A stretch of DNA of 64,000 bases. It comes from Convolutriloba macropyga (lineage: Eukaryota). Location of the stretch: contig NC_134473.1 of assembly GCF_964194025.1 (NCBI RefSeq), forward strand, positions 55,304,001 through 55,368,000. Reading direction: 5' to 3'. Shown piece after piece: positions 23,141-32,681 of the stretch. Within the stretch, counting starts at the first letter, position 1, and every line of letters begins with the position of its first letter. A program made the position numbers and the translations under genes. The notes under the pieces were generated by a model that was not told where the DNA came from, did no database searches, and saw nothing but the letters and a program-made list of their open reading frames with translations.

Positions 23141-25201
23141 TTATAAATCTAAAGGAGTAGTGTGAATACCATCTTCACAGACTTTACGCTTGGGATAAAA
23201 ATATGACAGTCCCACTTTCTTTAGTTCATAGGTACAAACTTTCTTGTTGTCAACAACTCTGAAGCCACGATTTGTTGAATAAACTCGCTCCTCATCGAAC
23301 AGAACTTTTCTGTACTTGTTTAGGGGCTCCTCAATGTTTTTCTTGTTGAGTCCTTTACTTGATAGTTTAACTGTGTCTGTTTCCTCGTAACAGCAATACG
23401 TCTTTGAACACAGAGCAATCATCTCAGAGCATCTAAATTCTTCCTTAAAAAGTCCAGGAGTTCTCTTGTCAAAGGCAGCATGTTTTTTGCAACATTCTCG
23501 TGGGAAGAAATTGCTGCTGGAGTTTGCTGCAAAGTTATCATTGCAGTCGCTCTGTCTCATCCAGTACCACACTGATCGCATTTCCGGTCGAATTATTTCA
23601 TCAATTTTTTTCTCACTAAGGGCCATGTAGAGACTGTCGGTATCCATTTCAATGAGTTCGTACTTGTTCTTATCACAGAAAGGGGAGAAGAAGTTGTATT
23701 TAAGTTGTAACATGGTGAGTTTGGCGTACTGGAGGATGAAGAATCCTACAATTATTGGTTCCTTATGCTCGATGCGTGTCTTGCTCATTTCTACCTCATA
23801 TATCTGCTCTGGTAGCTCATTCATAGTCTTGAAAAATCTATTGTTAATAAATTTGTCCACCTGTGAGCCTTTCACGTACTTGGTGTTCGTATGTCGACTA
23901 CGGTCCATGATCTGATATCCATACGAACTGTTCCCAATCAGCTTCATTGTCTCCGCAACGACTGTTGACTCCTTATTCTGGTCTCCTTCGCGGCGGGCAT
24001 CGACAACATTCCGAACAAATGTCTCAAAGCAGCGCCGGGGAGTGTATTGGAGAAACCAAAAGACGTCTTTTAGGATCACACCTTTTTCTAGATAAAATAA
24101 CAAAAGTGGTGTAATAACTGGTCCTCGTTCAAGCTTGAAACTGGAAATGAGCATTTTTCTGGGTCTGGGTAGTAATTTGTTGCGTTCTGCAAACTCTTTC
24201 ATATGGTCCCCAATATCATCTCGTCCAACTTCACAATTCTTGAAAATTGGAGGAAAGTCTTCAAAGTACGGATACATTTCCTCTGGAACCTCAAGACTAC
24301 AATCGACGACACCAAACAGTTCTCCACGTTTAATTTTCTCAATGAGCGAGTTTTTGTTCATCGATGGTTGGAAGGGATAATTTGACTTGAGAAAGTCTTT
24401 AACACCTTTTGTGTTGTCTGTCCGACATTTCTTCCATTGACACTCCCAGATCTCTTCAACATTCAACCCCAATCCCTTCAGGTACTCTCTTCTATCATTG
24501 TCACGTTCTCTTCGCTTCAATCCGCTTTCTATGTCCTCGAAGAGAAGCGGTTTTTCCTCTTGACACGGACAAAAATGAAAGAAACATCCCATCGCTTCAA
24601 AAACCGTGTTGCAATGGTTACAAAACCCATCAACTAAATAAGGACCGAGCTTCTTTTGTTTCTTGTGTGTGAACTGGGTTTGTATTTTACAATTGGGGTG
24701 AACCTGTTGGAAGTAGTCCATGACCTGCTGTTCAAAGTAGCTTCTCCAGTTCCTGTTCGGATGAAATTTTTCGGTCTCTTCATTGTACTCCCACTTTGTA
24801 TAGGGTCCTGTTGGCATCTCTTTTGTCATGGAAAAAGGGTACAACTGACTGGCATCTATTCCGACGATGGACTTGCAAACGTTTTCTGACTCTCGAATTT
24901 TTGTTTCACCAACTTTTGCATACCTTGTAAAGATAATTGAGGGTCCCCCTGTTAGCCACTTTCGAATGTAATTATCATATTCTTTATCCTTCTCACAAAA
25001 CGGAAAAAAAGCTGCATCTGTTGACGAATGAAGGAACCTGTTTGCCAAGTTGGGAAGAGTGTAGCCCAACTTCAACATGTCTACTTGTCTTGAGTGGTAA
25101 AAACTGATCATTTTCTTCATAGCCTCAAGTGTAGGTTCGACATCTTTGTTATTGTACCACATGAGGAAGTCACGAAACGTCTGCATACCTTTTTTTCCCA
25201 T
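23141..25201 (-). CDS. Protein-primed DNA polymerase B, C-terminal part (ExoIII, palm/fingers/thumb, inserted VSR-like nuclease)
   Basis: YNNKDV, GGPSIIF, GIDASQLYPFSM, KLIGNSSYG, MDTDSLY, TPGLFKEE; insert YLVDGF...FEAMGCFFHFCPC...IWECQW. Continues the upstream ORF via a -1 shift at ~25190-25196. Confidence 0.95.
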   Translation of the reverse strand: MGKKGMQTFRDFLMWYNNKDVEPTLEAMKKMISFYHSRQVDMLKLGYTLPNLANRFLHSSTDAAFFPFCEKDKEYDNYIRKWLTGGPSIIFTRYAKVGETKIRESENVCKSIVGIDASQLYPFSMTKEMPTGPYTKWEYNEETEKFHPNRNWRSYFEQQVMDYFQQVHPNCKIQTQFTHKKQKKLGPYLVDGFCNHCNTVFEAMGCFFHFCPCQEEKPLLFEDIESGLKRRERDNDRREYLKGLGLNVEEIWECQWKKCRTDNTKGVKDFLKSNYPFQPSMNKNSLIEKIKRGELFGVVDCSLEVPEEMYPYFEDFPPIFKNCEVGRDDIGDHMKEFAERNKLLPRPRKMLISSFKLERGPVITPLLLFYLEKGVILKDVFWFLQYTPRRCFETFVRNVVDARREGDQNKESTVVAETMKLIGNSSYGYQIMDRSRHTNTKYVKGSQVDKFINNRFFKTMNELPEQIYEVEMSKTRIEHKEPIIVGFFILQYAKLTMLQLKYNFFSPFCDKNKYELIEMDTDSLYMALSEKKIDEIIRPEMRSVWYWMRQSDCNDNFAANSSSNFFPRECCKKHAAFDKRTPGLFKEEFRCSEMIALCSKTYCCYEETDTVKLSSKGLNKKNIEEPLNKYRKVLFDEERVYSTNRGFRVVDNKKVCTYELKKVGLSYFYPKRKVCEDGIHTTPLDL

Positions 25202-27465
25202 ATATTTTGGAGCTCCAAGTAATTTTCTTCGGCATTTTGTGGAACTTTCTTGAGTCTCAACTTCTTCAAAATTTCATCCTGCTCCATTCCACCGTTTTTC
25301 AATTCCACAAACTTATCGTAATCGACTGAAAGAACGTTGTGATTCTTCAACTTGCTCCAAAAGCTGTCAATTGGTGGCAGTAGGGATACATTCAACTTCT
25401 CAATACTGTCGAACCATTCATAGGGGAAGAAACCTTTCTCTTCACTCGCTCCATAGGCTTTTAGGAAATTATCCAAAGTTGTCGCTCCTCCCAGGAAGTT
25501 TAAAATGTCCAGAAACTGTAGACCAAGAAAATTCATGCCAATATATTTATTCCCCATTCGAATCACTTTAGGAATAACGTTTTTTTCTAATAAGAGGTGA
25601 TGCAGAAGATACTCTTTTATTAGGTTTAAATCATACCGAGAGCTGTTGAATCCGAAAACAGGTATGGTACTGTAATAATTTTCAAAATCTTGTCTCAATT
25701 TTGACATCACCCTGAGCTCGCTTCTCAGTCTCCTAATTTCAAGATCTTCGTCTTCCTCCACCTCGGGTTCAGCTTCGTTCTCAAATAAGTCTTCCGCTCC
25801 GGTGGGTACCTGCTTGTCTTTCACTGGAACCAGTTGTCGAAGAGCCCAATATTTTTCTTCCAATACCAGTACGAAATCATTGAGTTTCTCCCTCATTAGA
25901 AGCGTGCTCTTTTCCGCTATATTACTCAAGCTGGATACAAAATCACGGATTAGTTGAAGCGGATCTTCGTTGCAAATAAAAATTGGTTGGGAGAGCAGAT
26001 TCGAGGATATTGACACACTAATGGGGACATGTTTTCCAATCCATGAAGTCAAATCTGTGTTTTTGAGTGTACTGTCGGGGACTGTTATTGACTCAAAATC
26101 GAATACGATAAGATGAGAAAACAATCTCAGCTCTTGCGGAACATTAATATTTACATCTTCCAAGCGCTCGAAAATAGTTTCTGATAGCTGATAGGCACCT
26201 GAGGGATAGTGGTGTTTTGTTTTCTCTGAGCAATTCCTCATGTGGACTTCCAAATTATTTGATCTGTCGAAAAAGTGATCGCATACGTAGCACCGGAACT
26301 TTTTGAGGAATTTGTTGATGTCTGCTGTCCAACAGATATGGTTTTCATATCTCAGTAATGAAGTTGTCTTTGAACGTTTCATCGAGGAGCGACGAGTAAG
26401 TTCAGCAAACATATCCGATTGTTCGTCAAAAAATATGGAGTAAACTTGAATATTTCTGTCAACTAGAGCCTCAAGAACAGGAATATCGTCCTCATGTATT
26501 CCTGGAAAGGTTTCGCCATCTCTCCTTGTCGCTGAGAGGAATGTCTGCATTAACTCCATTGTATTTTGCTGTAGATCATTGCTGCCATGTAATTCGTAGG
26601 CCAATGCACGGAACATACACAAATTGTCTTGGTAAGGTTTGTTTTCGCAGTCAGATACAAAACATTTAACTATTGGATTCTTGACTAAGGCTGATGGAAT
26701 AGGTTGTTTAATGCATCCTAGCGGAACACCACTGAGCAGAAATACGAAGAAAGTGACATTTGTAACGCAATAAAACTTCCATTTTGTGTCTGGACGTTGA
26801 TTGATTAGATTTGGTAAAATTTCATCTTGTCTCAGCATTGATTTGATAAAATTGAGATCTGAGTCGTCAGAGAGAACCATGGGATTTAAAAATATGGGGT
26901 TGTTATCTGCTGCGTAGTAGTAACGAAACTCTTCAGGATTTTGCACACTCTGCAGCACGAATCCAAATGAAATATTGATTTTAGCTGAACTGGGTAACTC
27001 GTTGTAAACACAATCCAATTTTTCAATCAAGGTTTCATGATTGATCTCCATTATTTTGAAGTTGTGAACTTTCTTTCTGGACAATTCAAGAACCGAGTCT
27101 CGCAGAAAGTGATGAACCGTTTGAAGTTCACTATGAAGAGCGGGAGATTCTCCATAGATAGATAAGTCAACTTCATCGTAGGTGCTAGGTGTTGAACGCT
27201 GGTGACTGTTTCGTTTGTGATGTAGAATTTGATAATAAGTAGAGAAGGATAAGGGACAGCTGCTACAAGAAAATTTTTTCTTGATAATCAGAGACGGTGC
27301 ATGTACAGAAGCAATGTGTTTCTGCAATTTTGCTTCGTCCGGAAATGATTGTGAGCATTGTGAACATCTTTTTGCGTGAAGCTTCTGATGTCTGCTCATA
27401 TTGGATTTCATAATAAGCTTCTTGCAGGAAGAACACTGTTCCTTTGGGTTAGAATTTCTGGGCAT
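25117..27465 (-). CDS. Protein-primed DNA polymerase B, N-terminal part (C2H2 zinc fingers, terminal-protein region, OTU-like domain, ExoI/II)
   Basis: Likely ATG at 27465 (MPRNSNPK) after a TTTTCAG acceptor; three N-terminal C2H2 fingers; QDNLCMFRALA...ENHI; VFDFES (ExoI), FNSSRYDLNLI (ExoII), KGFFPYEW. Confidence 0.92.
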   Translation of the reverse strand: MPRNSNPKEQCSSCKKLIMKSNMSRHQKLHAKRCSQCSQSFPDEAKLQKHIASVHAPSLIIKKKFSCSSCPLSFSTYYQILHHKRNSHQRSTPSTYDEVDLSIYGESPALHSELQTVHHFLRDSVLELSRKKVHNFKIMEINHETLIEKLDCVYNELPSSAKINISFGFVLQSVQNPEEFRYYYAADNNPIFLNPMVLSDDSDLNFIKSMLRQDEILPNLINQRPDTKWKFYCVTNVTFFVFLLSGVPLGCIKQPIPSALVKNPIVKCFVSDCENKPYQDNLCMFRALAYELHGSNDLQQNTMELMQTFLSATRRDGETFPGIHEDDIPVLEALVDRNIQVYSIFFDEQSDMFAELTRRSSMKRSKTTSLLRYENHICWTADINKFLKKFRCYVCDHFFDRSNNLEVHMRNCSEKTKHHYPSGAYQLSETIFERLEDVNINVPQELRLFSHLIVFDFESITVPDSTLKNTDLTSWIGKHVPISVSISSNLLSQPIFICNEDPLQLIRDFVSSLSNIAEKSTLLMREKLNDFVLVLEEKYWALRQLVPVKDKQVPTGAEDLFENEAEPEVEEDEDLEIRRLRSELRVMSKLRQDFENYYSTIPVFGFNSSRYDLNLIKEYLLHHLLLEKNVIPKVIRMGNKYIGMNFLGLQFLDILNFLGGATTLDNFLKAYGASEEKGFFPYEWFDSIEKLNVSLLPPIDSFWSKLKNHNVLSVDYDKFVELKNGGMEQDEILKKLRLKKVPQNAEENYLELQNIWEKKVCRRFVTSSCGTITKMSNLHLRL

Positions 27466-27647
27466 TTTCGCTGAAAATAAAAAATGAAATGTTAGATTGG
27501 AAGTGAGAAAGGAGTAAAAAAAATTGTTAAAATGAAAGTTGCGGTGGAATAAAAATTTGTCAGAAGTTGGAATGATTATTGTACTCCACAGCACTCAATT
27601 CTGTAAATCAGAAAAACAAAACGGAAATGAAAAGTCCTTTATCAAAT

Positions 27648-27895
27648 ATGACGTAATTGCGACGACAAAATGACGTAACTATAACGACATAATGATGAAA
27701 TTGTGACGACGAAAGGACGTAATTATAAAGACATAAAGACGTAATTGTGACGACATAATGACGTAATTGTGACGACATAATGGCGTAATTGTGACGACAA
27801 AATGACGTAATTATGACGATAGAATTACGTAATTTTGACGACAAAATGACGTCATTTTGACGACACTATGACGTAATTGTGACGTGTTATGATGT
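27648..27895. repeat. About 11 x 22-bp tandem repeat ATGACGTAATTGTGACGACAWA (CRE/ATF-like sites) upstream of pPolB
   Basis: Directly visible periodic repeat containing TGACGT(A/C)A and TGACG half-sites. Confidence 0.9.
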
Positions 27896-28029
27896 TATTG
27901 TGATGTTATGATTAATTTTGACTATAAAATAGTGACTAATTGCCTAATCATGTGAGAATTTTATGATTTTCAATGGTTTTTTTTATTTCAATAATTGGGT
28001 ATATATTCCTTCCTCAAAAACATGTTTTA

Positions 28030-28650
28030 ATAAAAGTAAACTTACCAGTTTCTTTTTTGGATTTTAAGCTGAAGTGAAGTGTTGTATTATCTACTATAGG
28101 GGGAAGTTCTGGCTGGCTAAAATGGTCCAGTTTAATTACAGGAGCAAAGGAAAATTTCTATTAATTAAATTTATTTGCTTACCCGCTTCAACACTGCAAG
28201 TGATCAACTTGAAACTGGCAACAAGGAGAAAGAAACAAAGACTATCTGAAAAAAAAGATAAATTAAACTATAATTTTGATCAACTGATTTTTAGAAGTTG
28301 TTTGAAATAATGAATGGGAGTAGTGGCTTGGGAATAGGAGTAGTGTCCTAATAAAAGCAAACTTACCAGTTTTATTTTGGACTTGGAAGCGATGTGATGT
28401 GATGCAATATATACTATTTGGGGATATTTTGGCTGGCTAAAATGGTCCAGTTTAAATACAGGAACAAAGGAAAATTTCTATTAGTTGAAATTGTTTGCTT
28501 ACCTGCTTCAACACTGCAAGTGTTCAACTTGAAACTCTTCTTGCTGCAAGGAGAAAGAAACAAAGACTATCTGAAAAAAATGATAAATTAAACGAGAATT
28601 TTGACCAACTGATTTTTAGAAGTTGATTGAAATAATGAATAGGAGTAGAG
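28030..28650. repeat. Diverged ~320 bp direct duplication inside the Polinton, with minus-strand splice signals
   Basis: ~28030-28330 versus ~28351-28648; ACTTACC, GCTTACC, CTAAAATG and CTGAAAAAA are kept in both copies. Confidence 0.85.
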
Positions 28651-28684
28651 ACTAATATATGAGCCAGCCAATCTAATTTGTTTT

Positions 28685-29597
28685 TGAGGGATTATCTTGC
28701 TAATCCTTTTCGTGTGAACAGCTTTGGTATCATGCTGTGCGGTACATTTTTGAAAATCACGTCTAACGTACGTAACTGTAAATGAGTCATCCTACCTAAT
28801 TTAATATTAAAACATTATCCTGCTAATCCCTTTCGTGTGAACAGCTTGGGTATCAAGCTGTGAGGTACGTATTTGGAAATTGACATTAGTAAAGTGTAAT
28901 ATGGTAGGGGGTCAATGACCTGACTGATTTGCTGTTAAGTCACTATCTTGCTAATCCCCTTCGTGTGAACCGCGTGGGTATCATGCTGTGAGGTACGTTT
29001 TTGGAAATTTACATTATTAAAGTGTAAAATGGTAAGGGGTCAATGACCTTACTGATTTGTTGTTAAGACACTGTCTTGCTAATCCCTTTAGTGTGAACAG
29101 CTTGGGTGTCATGCTGTGAGGTACACTTTTGAAAATTTACATTAGTAAACTGTAATATGGTAGGGGGTCAATGTCCTGACTGATTTGCTGTTAAGGCACT
29201 ATCTTGCTAATCCCCTTCGTGTGAACAGCGTGGGTATCATGCTGTGAGGTACGTTTTTTGGAAATCTAGTAACCGTACGTAAGTGTAAATGAGTCACCCT
29301 ATCTAATTTAATATCAAAACATTACCTAACTAATCCCCTTTGAGAGAACAGCTTGGGTGTCATGCTGTGAGGTACGTCTTTGAAAATTTACATTATTAAA
29401 GTGCAATATGGGAATGAGTAAATGACCTAATTTAATATTAAGGGATTAACTTGCTAATGCCCCTCGTGTGAACAGCTTGGGTATCAAGCTGTGAGGTACT
29501 TTCTTGGAATTTGAGCGAAAATGGGCTATACCTAATCTTAATACATAGGTACTTCCTTTTACCCCCCCCCCCCCTGTCTTGCTTAACTATTACTACT
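28685..29597 (-). repeat. Right terminal inverted repeat: 7 tandem ~125 bp units, C-run and terminus
   Basis: Reverse complement of the left core (...GTGTGAACAGCTTGGGTRTCATGCTGTGAGGTAC) at ~28733, 28857, 28984, 29113, 29241, 29363 and 29488. Confidence 0.93.
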
Positions 29598-30846
29598 ACC
29601 GTATTTGAGGATATGACTACGAACGCAGCCCCACGGAGTCATAGCCACTGTGAAAACGAATGAAAAATGGGCAAACAATCTTGATGCATTTCATTTGCTT
29701 CAGCCGAATATTTGCTTTGCCTGAAGGGTAGCGAACACCAGGAGTGTTACGATTCTTCTTTTTGTAAAATTATACTGGATGGTGAGTCCCATGCTCACTA
29801 TCAAACATGGAAATGAACTTAATCAAACGCAAGGAATGCATCCAATGCTGCTACAAAACGACTGCAACAAGAAAAATCTCCACCTAAATAAAACTAACGC
29901 TCCTCTGCTGTCTTTAAGCCCACCCAGGGCTAAATTGCGTCAACGGTCACTGGAGGCGATCTCACAGACAATACGCCTAATGATTAATTTGATTTTGAAA
30001 TCACTACTGTAGAAACTATTTGAGTCAAACCTCTCGAAGTTCGTGCAAACGCAATTAGACTTAGTACGAGCAACGAGTCTGACCGAATAGTTAGCTGCGG
30101 CCTGCATTCGGCTGAAAATCCAAATTCTCACCCTATTCAAATTTGTGCAAACGTGATTTCTTTAACAAAAATATGACAAATAAGAACCTCAAATATGCCC
30201 AACATTGTAACCGGGGAAGATTTGATTGAGCAATTTGTAAAAATGTTTGACTAATGTTTTAGTGATGTGGACATTTTGGTCCCACAATAATTTTGGTAAC
30301 CTTGATTGTTGTCATCAACATTCTATTTGATTAAAAATTTCACCACCAAAGGAAGGCAATGACCCACAATGCACTTCTGGAAGCCCGCTTACTCCAAAAG
30401 CTGGAAAAACGATTTTCCAATGATTTTACGAACCAGCACTCGTTATGAGGCAATTAAAACTCTGTCAGAGAAAGGAGAAAGAGTTCATTATTATGGGTGA
30501 TCTGAAGCATAGCATATCATGGATCCGACAATATTGAAAATATAGGCTTCAAAATTTGTGTTAAGAATCTCATCAGGTCACCCCTCATTTTTCAGACAAG
30601 GATTAGTACAGCAAAATTCCCCCGAAATAGAATTTGTCAATTGAATCTCTTATTTAAACAATGATGCCAAGCGATTGTGACACGCTATGGACCTGTACGT
30701 CTTCTGTGTTGTATCTCGAAGGTTTTCGAAAAAGTGTTCGACCCACTTTATAATTATTGTCAACCCAAACTAAATAAAAATCAGTTTGGGTTAAGAAAAA
30801 GTTAATCTTTGACCACTCAGATTCTGTCATCTCTAGATTCTTTATT

Positions 30847-31349
30847 AATAGCCGCACAGCGATAGCTGGGGCTATTATTGGCCTTCTCTTGGTTTTTTTT
30901 TTATTTCGTCGTCATGATTTTTGTTACGACCATATGACGTCACAGCCACTTTTTGTTCATTCGTTCATGCAATTTCAACTGAATTGCATGTGTGACGTCA
31001 TTTTTCGCTCTTAGTGGAGCGAGTTTTTTTGTTCATGCGCGTGATTAAATTTTTGGTCACACTTGACTTACCTCACTCTCAAAAATGACTTCCTGACTTT
31101 GAAATTGACTTTTATTTACTTTAATTCAAAGAGATAAGGTCAAATGGGTATGTGTCACTCTAAATGAAGGTTATTTGAGATCAGCTAATAGAGGCAGCAA
31201 TAACTTATACAGATTTTTAATCAAAATATAACAGATCAGCCTTCAAAGAAAAGACGGGTTTTTTTTGGTCTGTCTTTTTTACTGTTTTTTTTATACTGCC
31301 GATCTACGAATCTATTGCGGCTATTTTCTGGCAATCTGCCAGCTATGTT
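30847..31349 (+). mobile_element. Helentron/DINE-1-like non-autonomous element (HINE), copy A
   Basis: SubTIR AATAGCCGCA / TGCGGCTATT, adjacent 5' partial IR, 3' hairpin CTGGCA-ATC-TGCCAG, ends in TATGTT, no TSD. Confidence 0.75.
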
Positions 31350-31359
31350 AAAAACATTT

Positions 31360-32450
31360 GATGACGTGACAATAAACGAAATTGCAGTTCTCAATGTTGA
31401 CTTTGCCCAAGCTTTCGACAAAGTTAAACATTACTTATACAAATGATTGACACTTTCGAAACGGGAGGACACTTACAGCTCTTGTATTCAAATTAGAGAA
31501 CAGAAACCAATTAGTAAAAGTAGGCAACACCTGCTGTTCTTTTAGACGTGAGTGCTGTGCAACATTGTTTCCTTTTCGGTACACTTTTTTTCCTATTTTA
31601 CATTATCGACTTGCCAGACGCAGACGCAAAACCAAACCGTGAAACCCATAGATTTTCTAATGACTGTAATTTGTTGCTTTAGATCAGGCATCACTAAGTA
31701 AAGTTGCAGAAACATCGAAAATTGGTGTATTCAAAACGGAATAGAATCAAACACAATTATTTGTAGGTTATTGAACGTTAGGAGCAACCCATCCTCTACA
31801 ATTACTGTTCAACAAATCGAATTGCAAGAATGATCTTGACCGTGTAGCTTCAGTTCTCACTTGGAATAACATTTGTCGTCAATTATGAGGAGCAACCAGC
31901 CCACTGTTCCAGACCAAGCTTAATATATCAGCTCGTAGCTCACTTGCAAACAAACTAAAACTCGTATTTCCTGCGTTATTCCAATATTGACGTTTTCCTG
32001 ACCAGCGTAGTTGACAAACCAAAGTGTGTCGATGATGGAAAAGGCATGTCATGGCTACTAAATGGATTATGGGGTCTTTAGTGTTCATTATAAAGAACAC
32101 TTTATCAATCTGAAGCCTCTTTGCTATATTATATCGAAATGCCTTACTTCTCTTCGTCATCTGTCTCGCAACAAATGTGACCTCCCCAAAAACCTAGAAA
32201 TAATCGAGGACAAAAGGGCAAGACAACACAGCGGAGACGATTTGAGAATTATGAGCAACCGTCCGGTTTAAGCTGACTCATTTTTCTTCTACCGAACTAA
32301 ATAATTATTCATCGTCATCAAATGAAATTCCGAAAACATAGGCGGTCAACTCAACAAACGCTCTATCACAAAAGCTTATTGGCCCTTAACCACACTAGCC
32401 TAAGAAGTAAATGCTCATGGTGTTTATTGTAGATGTGACAATTGTAACAG
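31360..32450 (+). mobile_element. Decayed LINE reverse transcriptase and 3' fragment
   Basis: IAVLNVDFAQAFDKVKH (RT domain 3) at ~31380-31430, followed by degenerate downstream RT-like sequence; boundaries approximate. Confidence 0.6.
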
Positions 32451-32681
32451 CCTGAAAAAAATTATAGCTGAAGATGGACTGCTACTAGGGGTTCGTGGAA
32501 ACCCCGGGAACCCTGCCCACAAATCCCCTACTACGTCTATGATGATAGACGCGATTTTCGATCTACTGTCCCATTTCTTCGTTTCGATCTATTGTTAGGG
32601 CACCATATAATGTCTCGACTAAGAGTGCATCCATAAACAGAAACGGCTCGCTTGAAAAATGTATAGTTTTTGATTTTGATT

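Larger units (their letters stand above)
13765..29597 (+). mobile_element. Full-length Polinton/Maverick (adintovirus-like endogenous dsDNA virus), 15,833 bp
   Basis: Starts AGTAGT (13765) and ends ACTACT (29597); 6-bp TSD ACCGTA at 13759-13764 and 29598-29603; inverted terminal repeats; complete core gene set (pPolB, integrase, ATPase, protease, MCP, mCP). Confidence 0.97.

Noticed and set aside
23652-25571. Plus-strand short ORFs within the polymerase region
   Set aside because: Antisense shadows of pPolB.
27608-27844. 78-aa ORF with repeated RHYVV-like units
   Set aside because: Translation of the 22-bp tandem repeat; no evidence of coding.
29604-30600. Decayed transposon (GIY-YIG- or piggyBac-like) as the Polinton target site
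   Set aside because: Only faint motif resemblance (e.g. TRYEAIK); cannot be supported without a search.
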